NCBI GenBank assembly: GCA_963677485.1
Contig: OY781964.1
Coordinates: 2,912,001-2,976,000, forward strand
Origin: Armatimonadota bacterium
GTDB lineage: Bacteria; Armatimonadota; HRBIN16
Direction: 5' to 3'
DNA length: 64,000 nt
Part shown: positions 23,602-33,853 of the stretch, piece by piece
How the letters are laid out: every line of letters begins with the position of its first letter
Numbering within the stretch: the stretch's first letter is position 1
The notes under the pieces: generated by a model
Told to the model about the DNA's origin: nothing
The model's database searches: none
The model's input: the letters and a program-made list of their open reading frames with translations, nothing else
Made by a program: the position numbers and the translations under genes

Positions 23602-23995
23602 CACGGATTCGTAGGGGTGGCCCTTGTGGCCATCCGAAATCCCAATGCCGATGATCGCAACAGTAGCGTGCATGGCCTCCCGTTAACGCCCGCCGGTACG
23701 CGGGCCGGTAATGATCAGCGATGGGTGACAGTGCCCGTACCGGGACGAAGTCACGGACGGGCCACGGAACCCGTCGCCAATGGCTGGTAGCCTACATCGA
23801 AGCTCTCAGCCCACGCTGCCGCGGGTTTAGTCACCCCACGGGACTGGCGTCCCTAAACGGGGTTCCCTCACCGCGCGTCTACTAAATCGCAGCCCGCAAG
23901 CGGGCGCAGGGTGCCCTCCGCCAGCGCCCGCAGTAGAGCGGGCCGTGTAGGGGCGATTCGCGAATCGCCCTGGGTGATGGAGCCCGTCGACTGTT
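23602..23995. repeat. Composite repeat cluster: GTAG REPs and a partial 215-bp-family copy
   Basis: GTAGGGGTGGCCCTTGTGGCCATCC, GCCGCGGGTTTAGTCACCCCACGGG..., GTAGGGGCGATTCGCGAATCGCCC (also at ~32000). Confidence 0.75.
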
Positions 23996-24073
23996 ATATC
24001 CTGGAATCGAACCAAAATTACCGTTGCAACCAGGCCGTAGTCCAGCGTTGTGCAGACATATGACAAGGCGGAG

Positions 24074-24445
24074 TTAGGTGGCCGACTCTTCCTTAGGATT
24101 AGGGCCCCACTTGTTGTCACCAGGTTTACTGTCCTCAGCCATGAACACGATAAGCACCACTGCTCCTAGCAGAAACGCATATGGGATGAGTGGTAATAAC
24201 CCAAACCAGCCACTGCGGCCGGTATCATGGAGACGCCGTACACAAACAGCTACACTGGGTGTCAGGATGGCGAGACAGAACAGGATGGCGATAATATCAA
24301 TTACCTCACCAACGAAAGCCATACGAGCGATCCCTAGTAATGCAAGAACCACTATGTTTATGAGCATGAAATGCCAAAACTCGGATCGACGCGCACGACC
24401 CGTAAAGATCGCGTATTTCCGGAGAACTTTCATGTACCAGTTCAT
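24074..24445 (-). CDS. DUF805 family membrane protein
   Basis: KYAIFTGRARRSEFW, AVCVRRLHDTGRSGW, GDNKWGPNPK. Confidence 0.92.
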   Translation of the reverse strand: MNWYMKVLRKYAIFTGRARRSEFWHFMLINIVVLALLGIARMAFVGEVIDIIAILFCLAILTPSVAVCVRRLHDTGRSGWFGLLPLIPYAFLLGAVVLIVFMAEDSKPGDNKWGPNPKEESAT

Positions 24446-24737
24446 ATTTACCTCGTGGCGAAACTCGTCTGTTCAAAATACGAGATGGTCAGCACCGTAA
24501 GGCCGACATGGGATGGGCCATGGAAATACGGTTCTGCCGATATGATGATATCATTCGCTAGCATAGGGCTGATATCCTTCTTTTCTGCCGGACATGCTGC
24601 ACCCCAATCTGGCTGATGCGACGAACGTGATGGCCTACTCCGACGGGCAGGATTACCGCACACACACACGAAACCTAACCACAGGCACTCGATATACTAA
24701 TAGGTATCGGCATAGAACCCACAGGAGCGAGCACAAA

Positions 24738-26477
24738 ATGAGCCCATATAGCATCGAAAAACTGATTGTAACAATTCACACAGCACTCATATTCACCGCA
24801 TCGGTCGCGGCATTCGCTGCGAGTGGGGACATCACCCGCAAAACGCTCTGGAACTTCGAGGATTACCGAAACCTGCCGTTCGATGTCGAAACTATCTCCA
24901 CTCGCGATGACAAAGGCTACCGAGTCAGCGAGCTATACTTCACCAGCGAACAAACCCCAAATGGGCCAAACCGCATCTTCTGCGCATTTGCAAGGCCGAT
25001 CCAGCCATCCAAGCCCGTGCCGGCGTTGATCATGATCCATGGCGGAGGAGGGCATTCGGATACAGCCGGCGCGCTCTGGGCCGCCCAGGCTTATCATTGC
25101 GCTGTCATCCATGTCGACTGGAGCGGCGAATCCATCCCTGGACCGGCGCACTACACAAAATGGTGCAGCAGGTATACCGCCTTGGCCACCATGACCACTA
25201 ACCCGCGTGAGAACATGCTTTATCACATCGTGCTGGCCTTGCACCGTGCTTTGGACTATATGGCCGAGCAACCGGAAGTGAACATGTCCAAAGTGGCAGC
25301 CTTCGGCGGATCCTGGGGCGGCTATCTGTCCCTGCTGCTGGCTGGTGCGGACCCCCGGGTCGGATGCGTGATGTCCGCCTACGGAGCAGGGGGCTGGGAG
25401 AAGTCGCACAGTGCTCTGAGTGGGGGTATCGAGCAACTGCCTGCAGAGTTGAAAGCGCAATGGTTCGAACTCTACGACACCATAGCTTACGCGAAACAGA
25501 CCAAAGCCGCCGTTCTGATGACCACCTCTGCAAATGACTTCTATTTTTGGCTGGGCGGGCTGATGGAGCACTACAAAAAGCTGCCAAGCAAGAAGCAGCT
25601 TGTCATCGTGCCGAATGGCGACCACGGCACCGGAGGCCCTCGCTGGACCGATGCCGCGTGGCCTTGGGTTCAGCAGTACTTCGAGGGTAAAGATGAGTTC
25701 CCGAGTGTGACCCCAGGTTCGCTGAAAAGAAGGGGGAACACATACTCCTGGAGCAGCAAGGGCACCAAGCCCATCAAAAATGCGGTGTTCAGCTTTAGCC
25801 TAGGCAAGCTGGATTGGCCCTGCAGGTACTGGGTTGAGGTGGCGGCGCACCGGCACGGTAACACGTGGGAGGCGGAGCTTCCCAATCAGTTTGTCGGTAT
25901 GGCGGGGGAAGCATACGCCACGGTTTTCGATGCAGAGGGTCTTCCCGGCTCCAGCACGACGGTTTCCTGCAACGGCCTCGACCCATCCACTCAGCCTGTC
26001 GCGCTCTGGCCAGGTGAGAATCTGTGGGACAAAGCCCGCGGGGCAGAGGCCTGGCGAACCTACATCCACGAGCCATTGAGCATAACTGCACTGCCAACGG
26101 GGGCCTTTACCATCGGGCCGGGGGCTGGCAGCACCCACTTTACGGCGGTCACCAACAGCGTGATACTCGCAAGTGCCCGGGCTAAGGATTACGCGGGCCT
26201 TCGGCTGACACTGAACGCAGTCACAGACGGTCAGCTTCATGTCAGGCTGTGCCGTTACACCCGTACCAACCGTGAGCAGGCCTGCATCGCGGAGGTCAAC
26301 TATAAGGCTGGTAAGGCCGCGTTCGATCTACCCTGGTCATTTTCCACACCTCAAGCCGGAGCTGCGCCTTTGCCTGCTCCCTTCGACGGTCTGGTGCTGG
26401 AGGGCACCCGAGCAGAAGGTTCCCCGATCACCGTCGAGTCACTTGAGCTCATGCCGAAGGGATGGGGCCACCTCTAG
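24738..26477 (+). CDS. Secreted alpha/beta hydrolase (acetylxylan esterase / dienelactone hydrolase-like)
   Basis: IHGGGG, nucleophile elbow GGSWGG, ND and NGDH candidates for the triad; GGAG RBS before ATG 24738. Confidence 0.75.
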   Translation: MSPYSIEKLIVTIHTALIFTASVAAFAASGDITRKTLWNFEDYRNLPFDVETISTRDDKGYRVSELYFTSEQTPNGPNRIFCAFARPIQPSKPVPALIMIHGGGGHSDTAGALWAAQAYHCAVIHVDWSGESIPGPAHYTKWCSRYTALATMTTNPRENMLYHIVLALHRALDYMAEQPEVNMSKVAAFGGSWGGYLSLLLAGADPRVGCVMSAYGAGGWEKSHSALSGGIEQLPAELKAQWFELYDTIAYAKQTKAAVLMTTSANDFYFWLGGLMEHYKKLPSKKQLVIVPNGDHGTGGPRWTDAAWPWVQQYFEGKDEFPSVTPGSLKRRGNTYSWSSKGTKPIKNAVFSFSLGKLDWPCRYWVEVAAHRHGNTWEAELPNQFVGMAGEAYATVFDAEGLPGSSTTVSCNGLDPSTQPVALWPGENLWDKARGAEAWRTYIHEPLSITALPTGAFTIGPGAGSTHFTAVTNSVILASARAKDYAGLRLTLNAVTDGQLHVRLCRYTRTNREQACIAEVNYKAGKAAFDLPWSFSTPQAGAAPLPAPFDGLVLEGTRAEGSPITVESLELMPKGWGHL

Positions 26478-26838
26478 CGTACCGTCAGACCACGCCGGTA
26501 ATAGTCTGAACCACGGATTTCACGGATGGAGAGGGAGGCCAATTAGGAGATTGGCGTTCGCAGGGTTGCGCCCTTGAATGGCATTCCCATCCGTATCATC
26601 CTGTAAGTCCGTGTAATCCGTGGTTCAGACAACAACCCGCCTTTTGCGTTGGAACAACCACATACATCATCAATCTGTGTAATCTGCGTAATCTGTGGAT
26701 TACCATTCTCCGCGACAGCCGTCCACAACCCATCAACACACCGTTTTGGTAAACTCATATGTGTAGTGCTGCCCGGCGCATGATACAATTTGTTCCCACG
26801 CCGGTGCTGGCACGGCGACTCGTCGTGAAGAGGCGGTT

Positions 26839-29121
26839 ATGAGACAGCAATCATCAAGACCCAAGCCTGCTCGGTCAGATGACCAGCACATTCGCCGGAT
26901 CATAGACATCGGCGGGATCATCCTAGTCACCCTCGGTGCCATCATGATGGTCAGCCTGCTCACCTCCAACAGCGGTGTGCTGGGTGCGGGCATCGAAAGC
27001 GTGCTGCGCGGCTTTGCGGGTATCGGCGCATTTGTCCTCCCGCCCATCGTCATGCTGATGGGTGTGCTGCTGCTTCTCGGTAAAACGGAGTTCGAATTCG
27101 GCCACACCTACTGGGGCCTGGGTCTGGCACTGCTGGCGGTCACCGGCTGGGCCACCCTGCCTTTGCGTTTCGATCAGCTCTACTTCCCCGAGATGTACCG
27201 TGCGCATGGCGGTCTGATGGGCTCCTCGCTGCTCTGGGTGCTGCTCAGCCTGGTGGGGCGCGTGGGCACTGGAGTCGTGCTCACCGCATTTTGCCTGGTA
27301 GCGTTCCTTCTGACTTTCGATATCCCCGCCATTGCGCTCATCACCAGAGGAGTGAGCAGTTGGCGCAATGGCATGACCACTGCCCGTAAAGGGGCTCAGA
27401 CCGTGAAGCGGAATGCCCAGCGCATCCCTACCGTGCGCGAGATGGCCCAAAACATCAAGCTGCAGAAGAGCACCCCCAAGCCAGTTGCGGCACTTTATAC
27501 ACCACCAGTGGGCGACCTCCCCGCTGCAGAGCTTGCCGCGGATGGGCCTGCGGTCATCAATGATGATATGCCCGCACCGGCCGCCGCGCGGCGTACTCGG
27601 GGGGCGCGTGGTTCCAAAGCCCAGCCGGAGTCGGCGGACGGCACCGCCACCGCTGTGCAGCAAGAAATCGACTTCAACGATGTCGAGGGCTTCATTCTAC
27701 CGTCACTCGACCTTCTAAAACCCAGCCCGCCGGCGCCGAAACGCCAGGATGAAGAGGTACAGAAGAAAATAAAGGTGCTGGAGAGCACACTGGAGCAGTT
27801 CGGCATCGAGGCCACAGTAGCCGAGGTGGCCAGCGGACCCACAGTCACCCGCTACGAAATACTGCTCGGACCAGGCGTGCGCGTCAGCAAGATTGTCAGC
27901 CTCGCCGATAACATCGCTATGGCTTTGGCTGCGATTGATGTGCGTGTGGAGGCACCCATCCCAGGAAAATCGGCCATCGGCGTGGAGGTGCCCAACGACA
28001 ACCCGCGTATGGTCACCCTGCGAGAGCTCATGGAAGACGAAGGGTTCCGGCGTTCCAGCTCCCTGCTGACTTTTGCTCTGGGCCGTGATGTGGCGAATGT
28101 GCCTCACTGCGCCGACCTGACGAAGATGCCCCACCTGCTCATCGGTGGCTCTACGAACTCCGGCAAGTCGATCTGCCTGAACACGCTGATCTGCAGCTGG
28201 CTCTACCGCGCCACCCCAAAACAGGTCAAGCTGATTCTCATCGACCCCAAGCGTGTCGAGCTGTCGCTATTTGAGGGCATCCCGCACCTCGCCTGTCCGG
28301 TTGTCAAGGATGTGAAGCAGGCCGCCGGTGTGTTGAAGGCAGCCATCAAGGAGATGGACCGTCGGTATACCATGTTCAGCAACATGCGCACCCGCAACAT
28401 TGAGGGCTACAACAGCCGTTGTGAACCCGAGGAAAAGCTGCCCTACGTGGTCATCGTGATCGACGAGTTGGCCGATATGATGATGCAGGTCGGCGCGGAG
28501 GTAGAGGCGAGCATCTGCCGTCTGGCCCAACTGGCGCGCGCGACGGGTATTCATCTGGTCATCGCCACGCAGCGCCCGAGTGTGAATGTCATTACAGGGT
28601 TGATCAAGGCGAACATCTCCTCGCGGCTGGCTTTTGCGGTCAGCAGTGGCATCGACAGCCGCACTATTTTAGACATGTCTGGGGCTGAGCGACTGATTGG
28701 CAAGGGCGATATGCTGTTCATGCCCATCGACGCCAATAAGCCGGTCCGTCTGCAGGGCTGTTTCGTGTCTGAAACCGAAGTAAATGACCTCTGTAAATAC
28801 TTGAAAACACAGGGGCTGCCTGAATACACCATCATGCCGATGGAGAGCAGCGAACACGAACAAGGTGAGTTTGAGGAGCCTGAAAGCGACGAGCTGTTTG
28901 AGGCTGCGGTGCGTCTGGTTGTGATGAACGGGCAGGCCAGCACCAGCATGCTGCAGCGGCGCTTCCGGGTGGGCTACACGCGAGCCGCCCGGCTGGTGGA
29001 TATGATGGAGGCACGCGGCATCGTGGGTGCGCTGGAAGGTGCCAAACCGCGGGAGATACTGATGAGCCGAGACGAAGTTGAGCATATGTTCAGCGATGAT
29101 GACACAGACGAAACAGGGTAA
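26839..29121 (+). CDS. ftsK: DNA translocase FtsK/SpoIIIE
   Basis: 4-TM N-terminus, MPHLLIGGSTNSGKS, IDPKRVEL, VIDELADMM, ATQRPSV, gamma domain STSMLQRRFRVGYTRAARL. Confidence 0.97.
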   Translation: MRQQSSRPKPARSDDQHIRRIIDIGGIILVTLGAIMMVSLLTSNSGVLGAGIESVLRGFAGIGAFVLPPIVMLMGVLLLLGKTEFEFGHTYWGLGLALLAVTGWATLPLRFDQLYFPEMYRAHGGLMGSSLLWVLLSLVGRVGTGVVLTAFCLVAFLLTFDIPAIALITRGVSSWRNGMTTARKGAQTVKRNAQRIPTVREMAQNIKLQKSTPKPVAALYTPPVGDLPAAELAADGPAVINDDMPAPAAARRTRGARGSKAQPESADGTATAVQQEIDFNDVEGFILPSLDLLKPSPPAPKRQDEEVQKKIKVLESTLEQFGIEATVAEVASGPTVTRYEILLGPGVRVSKIVSLADNIAMALAAIDVRVEAPIPGKSAIGVEVPNDNPRMVTLRELMEDEGFRRSSSLLTFALGRDVANVPHCADLTKMPHLLIGGSTNSGKSICLNTLICSWLYRATPKQVKLILIDPKRVELSLFEGIPHLACPVVKDVKQAAGVLKAAIKEMDRRYTMFSNMRTRNIEGYNSRCEPEEKLPYVVIVIDELADMMMQVGAEVEASICRLAQLARATGIHLVIATQRPSVNVITGLIKANISSRLAFAVSSGIDSRTILDMSGAERLIGKGDMLFMPIDANKPVRLQGCFVSETEVNDLCKYLKTQGLPEYTIMPMESSEHEQGEFEEPESDELFEAAVRLVVMNGQASTSMLQRRFRVGYTRAARLVDMMEARGIVGALEGAKPREILMSRDEVEHMFSDDDTDETG

Positions 29122-29130
29122 ACTGGTAAT

Positions 29131-30201
29131 ATGAATAAGTTCGCATTTATACTTCATCCCATCCGGATTAGCGACATCACTCGCCGATTCCCTATTTTCA
29201 AAGCACTGCCGGCATCGCTTACCCAAGGCATATTTAAGCAAGTACCCCCCTTCAAAACGGCCCATATCACCGGGATTAAAAGCATCACCGGTCAGGAAGC
29301 CGAGGGGTGGTTCATCGTAGTGCCATGGTCGCCCGAGATGCTGCTAAACACGCGTTGGCCCATCGTGCTGGACAAGATACTCAAGGCGGGGCACATCGCC
29401 GAGGAGCTGGGCGTTGATATCATGGGCCTTGGTGCCTTCCTGAAGGTGGTTGGCGATAAAGGCGTGAGCGTGGCGAAGGGGCTATCGGTGCCAGTCACCA
29501 CTGGCAACAGCTATACTACCGCTAGTGCTGTTCAAGGTGCGCTGCTGGGTGCGGAACGCCTGGGCATCGATCCCAAAAACGCACACGCCACCGTGGTCGG
29601 TGCGACCGGTGCGATCGGCGCGGCTTGCGCACGTGTGCTCTGCCCGAAGGTGGGTCACTTAACGCTCTGCGCCCGCAGCATGGGGCCGCTGGAAGCATTG
29701 CAGCAAGAGCTCCGGTTGCTGAATGGTGCCGAGGTGGGCATCGTCACCGACAGCCATGAGGCGATCAAACAGGCCGAAATAGTGATCACCGTCACCTCCG
29801 CCACCGACACGCTGATCGAACCTGAGGACATCCGCCCGGGCGCCGTGGTGTGCGATGTGGCGCGGCCGCGCAACGTCAGCCAGGCGGTGTATGAGCGGCG
29901 CAGGGACGTGCTGGTCATCGACGGCGGCGTGATCAAGGTGCCGGGTGAGAATGTGGACTTTGGCATGAACTTCGGATTCCCTCCCAAACACGCGGAGGCC
30001 TGCATGGCCGAAACCATCGCGCTGTGCCTGGAGGGCCGGTTCGAGAGCTTCACCATTGGCGGCGACATCTCCGCGCAGAAAGTCTCGGAGATTGACCAGA
30101 TCGCCACAAAGCACGGCTTCGAGATCTCCGGCTTCCGCAGGTTTGAGCGTGCCATACCGGACGAAGAGGTAGAGGCCATACGCAAGGCCGCCGGCCGGTA
30201 G
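29131..30201 (+). CDS. COG5322-type NAD(P)-dependent reductase (often labelled shikimate dehydrogenase; acyl-ACP reductase-like)
   Basis: FAFILHP, GLGAF, VTTGNSYT, VVGATGAIG, VCDVARPRNV, ACMAET. Confidence 0.8.
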   Translation: MNKFAFILHPIRISDITRRFPIFKALPASLTQGIFKQVPPFKTAHITGIKSITGQEAEGWFIVVPWSPEMLLNTRWPIVLDKILKAGHIAEELGVDIMGLGAFLKVVGDKGVSVAKGLSVPVTTGNSYTTASAVQGALLGAERLGIDPKNAHATVVGATGAIGAACARVLCPKVGHLTLCARSMGPLEALQQELRLLNGAEVGIVTDSHEAIKQAEIVITVTSATDTLIEPEDIRPGAVVCDVARPRNVSQAVYERRRDVLVIDGGVIKVPGENVDFGMNFGFPPKHAEACMAETIALCLEGRFESFTIGGDISAQKVSEIDQIATKHGFEISGFRRFERAIPDEEVEAIRKAAGR

Positions 30202-30300
30202 GTTTGTCGGCTGCGATGTAGCAGCCACTGTCAACATGCGAAATGCCGCATTTGCAACAACGGCAGCCCAGAAGGGATGTTCGTCTTAGATCCTGCAAGC

Positions 30301-30470
30301 GTTGCCTATGTCCGGGGCGGTCTGTGCGCAGGCTAGCGGATGCGGATGGCTCGAGACCGCGCCGGTCTGGCGGTTAGCCATGAAAGATTTGTGTCAGGAA
30401 AAAGACCGGCGCGGTCTATAGACAGTGGCGATTACTAGCGTACCGCCAGACCGCCCCGGACTTAGGCAAT
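30301..30470. repeat. Inverted pair of repeat family A (REPIN/MITE-like)
   Basis: TTGCCTATGTCCGGGGCGGTCTG...CAGACCGCCCCGGACTTAGGCAA termini with an internal AGACCGCGCCGGTCT pair. Confidence 0.8.
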
Positions 30471-30597
30471 ATACTCACCTAGATGCCGCTAGCTGTAGTT
30501 CAACCGTGCTCAATCCATCACTTCACTCCTTGTGGTAACACCGCGTACCCATCAGGCGTCCTAGTACTGATCTGCGAAATGGGGGGACTCTATTAAT

Positions 30598-31836
30598 ATG
30601 GAAGCTGGCGTATGGCGTTTTACCGTGGGAGCGAGTGGGGCCGCACCGGTTGTGGTGCGGATGCCGCAGTCGATGCTGCCGATGCCTCTGATGCGTTCGG
30701 AGAGCCTGTGGCAGGGGAACGTGGTGGATTTTGCTCAAGCTGTCTCCCAGTTTGGTGCGAATGGGGTGATATTGAATCTTCCTCTGTCCGACCTCTCTGG
30801 CGAAGGCCGGCTTTCTCTGGCACAAATATCTGGCATCGGAACACTCATACGTAAAACTGCCGATCGGACACAGAAGGCTGGCGTGTCGCTGTTCATTGAG
30901 ATATCCAGTCTGCCCATGCCGGCCTGGCTGGCTTCTGCCGGGGGTATTGATGGACCAGAGGGGCGTACGCACCTCGGAAATGCCATGTCGACCTTCGCGG
31001 ATGCGCTTGGTGCCGCCGTTGGAGTGGCGGCCATTATGCCAGACATAGGGCTATCCCAACCGCCGATGGGGAGTGATAACTGGGACACGTTTAAATCGGG
31101 TGGGAGTGCCGTTCGTCTGTGGAAGCAGTGGCGTTCTCAAGCAAAACTGCCGCAGGAAGACGAACTTCCCGCGATTTCGTGGAACAAGCTGCTAAAACAA
31201 TATGACCTGCCTCAGACGAAGATTTACGAAATCCAACGCTTCAGGAGCTGGCTTTTCCTGCAGAGATGGGCGGCTTTGACCACTGACGCAATACCGGAAA
31301 ACTCTAAGCTGCCGTGGGGTTGCCATCTGCCTGATGGACGGTTGGGGCTGATGGCAGGTGAAGCTGGCCAATACGCGGGCGTGCTGGGTGTGGATATGCC
31401 TTCAACATGCAGCGTCTGCAGGATAGACCTGGGTGAGTATCCATATAAAGAAGATGCTGATGTGAATGAATGGGTCAAACGGTCTGTGATGCTGTTGCGC
31501 CTATCTGTCAAAGGCACTCAACCTTGCGTCATGGCCGAACTGTCGACTAAACTGAGCACAGATGCGGCACTAGTGGCGCTAAGATCCAACTTGGCCATCA
31601 TACGCAAACATTGTGCCGGGCTTGTGATAGGCAGCATTGAGCTGGCATCCGCATTGGGTCGGGAGACGATGGTCAGTTTGGCTCAACCGATCAAGCGCAC
31701 TCCGCCTCGTGCCTTTGTGCGTCTGAGCCGCATTGATGAGCTGGCCCCGGTTAAGCCCGGACGTTTGACCGAGCTGATGAAAACCCCACTGGTGCGTGTG
31801 CAACAGACCGACGGTCAGTGGGACAATCCGAAGTAG
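30598..31836 (+). CDS. Hypothetical protein, possibly a degenerate glycoside hydrolase TIM barrel
   Basis: 412-aa ORF filling the space; faint GH5/GH42-like pattern (MPAWL, WKQW, FRSW); no clear catalytic motif. Confidence 0.5.
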   Translation: MEAGVWRFTVGASGAAPVVVRMPQSMLPMPLMRSESLWQGNVVDFAQAVSQFGANGVILNLPLSDLSGEGRLSLAQISGIGTLIRKTADRTQKAGVSLFIEISSLPMPAWLASAGGIDGPEGRTHLGNAMSTFADALGAAVGVAAIMPDIGLSQPPMGSDNWDTFKSGGSAVRLWKQWRSQAKLPQEDELPAISWNKLLKQYDLPQTKIYEIQRFRSWLFLQRWAALTTDAIPENSKLPWGCHLPDGRLGLMAGEAGQYAGVLGVDMPSTCSVCRIDLGEYPYKEDADVNEWVKRSVMLLRLSVKGTQPCVMAELSTKLSTDAALVALRSNLAIIRKHCAGLVIGSIELASALGRETMVSLAQPIKRTPPRAFVRLSRIDELAPVKPGRLTELMKTPLVRVQQTDGQWDNPK

Positions 31837-32066
31837 TTCAAAGCTCCATCGTTAATACATAGCCTCACGCGAAGACGCGAAGACGCGAAGGTAATGACCG
31901 CGCCGGTTTCCCAGTACGATGGCAATCGCTGTGCAGGTAACCTCCGGCGCGTTCTGGCGGATATCCCGTATTCGGTCAGCTACAGTTGCCGCGGGTTTTG
32001 TAGGGGCGATTCGCGAATCGCCCTGGGTGGCGGTACCCCACGAAATCCCCTGGTCCAACGGTCACC

Positions 32067-33431
32067 CTACTCCACGCAGTCGATGCCGTCAAGCCCACCG
32101 TCGGCGATCACTTTTTGATACCAGTATGCGCTCTTCTTCCAACTGCGTTTTTGAGTCGCGTAGTCCACTCCCAGCAAACCAAGCCTAGCTGTGAACCCAG
32201 CACCCCATTCGAAGTTGTCAATCAGTGACCAAACCTGGTAACCGCGCACATCGACCCCCTCGCTCATCGCTTTATACAGCCAGCTTAAGAAGCCGGTGAG
32301 GTATTCGATTCGCTCGTCGTCTTGAATCACACCGTTCTGGTCCACTGTATTCTGACCGTCTGGCGTGCCGTTCTCGGTAATGATGATGGGGATATCCAGG
32401 TCGTAATCACGCTTGAGCATCATAATGGCATCGTAGATCGCCTTGGGGTAGAGCTCCGCGCCGTTGGTGAGGAAGTCATGCCCTTCGCGTTTCTTACGGT
32501 CTGAGATCGCAGCATCCGGGTCGGCACTATCGAGCACGCGGTTGTATACATTCAGTCCAAAGTAGTCCATCTTTTCGCTGATGATGCGCATGTCGCCAGC
32601 CTCAATATAGGGGGTGGTGCGCTGCTCTGCCATCTGCTGTTTGAGGTAGTCGGTGTAGTCACCGGTCAGAATGGGGTGAACGAACTGCCTGAAGGAGTTC
32701 TCATCACCAGAGCGGGCCAGCTTGCGGTCCTCCTCGCAGTCGCGCAGGGGGTGGTGTTTCCATATATCAATCACGCAGCCGATCTCACCGCCGTCGGGAC
32801 CATACTCGCGGAATGCTTGAATCGCTTTGCCGTGAGCTAATAGACAGTTGTGCACCGACTGCTTACCGGCTTTTTCGCTGCCCAGCCCGGGGGGTAAGCC
32901 GGGGTGCGCGTGCCCGATGTAGATGGCAATGGGCTCGTTGAGCGGCGACCAGATATGCGCCCAGTCGCCGAGTGCTTCGTAGCAGACGCGTGCGTAGTCG
33001 GCGAACCAGTCTGCGATGTCGCGGTTCAGCCAGCCGCCGCGCGCATACAGTGCGAGGGGCAGGTCCCAGTGATACAGCGTGACGATAGGGGATATGCCCG
33101 CCTCACGAAGCTCCTGACACAGCCGCTTGTAGAAGTCGAGGCCTTTTTGATTCACCGCCCCGGTGCCATCGGGCATGACACGCGACCATGAGATAGAGAA
33201 TCGGTAGCTCTTCAGCCCCAACGCCTTCATCTGGGCGATGTCTTCCTTATATAAGTGGTAATGGTCGCAGGCCACATCACCGGTTGAACCGTCGGCTGTG
33301 CGGCCAGGTTCGTGTGAGAATGTGTCCCAGATGCTGGGCTTACGGCCGTCGACTTGTGCCGCGCCTTCTACCTGGTATGCGCTGGTGGCCACTCCCCACA
33401 GGAAGTTTTCTGGGAAAATCAGTTTGGGCAT
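32067..33431 (-). CDS. Beta-glucosidase, glycoside hydrolase family 1
   Basis: FPENFLWGVATSAYQVEG, YRFSISWSR, TLYHWDLP, LNEP, ITENG, WSLIDNFEW. Confidence 0.96.
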   Translation of the reverse strand: MPKLIFPENFLWGVATSAYQVEGAAQVDGRKPSIWDTFSHEPGRTADGSTGDVACDHYHLYKEDIAQMKALGLKSYRFSISWSRVMPDGTGAVNQKGLDFYKRLCQELREAGISPIVTLYHWDLPLALYARGGWLNRDIADWFADYARVCYEALGDWAHIWSPLNEPIAIYIGHAHPGLPPGLGSEKAGKQSVHNCLLAHGKAIQAFREYGPDGGEIGCVIDIWKHHPLRDCEEDRKLARSGDENSFRQFVHPILTGDYTDYLKQQMAEQRTTPYIEAGDMRIISEKMDYFGLNVYNRVLDSADPDAAISDRKKREGHDFLTNGAELYPKAIYDAIMMLKRDYDLDIPIIITENGTPDGQNTVDQNGVIQDDERIEYLTGFLSWLYKAMSEGVDVRGYQVWSLIDNFEWGAGFTARLGLLGVDYATQKRSWKKSAYWYQKVIADGGLDGIDCVE

Positions 33432-33626
33432 ATCGAGTCTCCTTACGGTTTGTTTCTACTGGTTATTGTATACGCCTTCATGGTGGTTTCGCATGGGTGG
33501 CGGAGGGGAATCATAATCCACAGATTTCGCAGATTACGCAGACAAGGTAATCTTCGGCGCGGTCTGACGGATAACCTTACCCGTCGCCAAGGGGCTGCCC
33601 ACCCAGATTGCTGGTTGCCCGCCATC

Positions 33627-33852
33627 GTGCCGCGGGTGTAGTCACCCCGTGAACGGGGTTCCCTTACCGCGCGTCTAGATATTTGCAGCCCGCAAGCGGG
33701 CGCAGGGAGCCCTCCGCCCGCGCCCGCGGGAGCGAAGCGACGCGGGCAGCCATCTGATCAGCGACGGGTGATGGAGCCCCCTGGGGCGATGGAACCCGTC
33801 GACACGGACTGATCGCATATATCGCAGGTTGCCAGCAATCGTGCCGCGGGTT
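33627..33852 (-). repeat. Single complete copy of the 215-bp-family element, reverse orientation
   Basis: Reverse complement matches the unit at 436-650 along its length; bounded by GTGCCGCGGG at both ends. Confidence 0.85.
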
Positions 33853-33853
33853 C

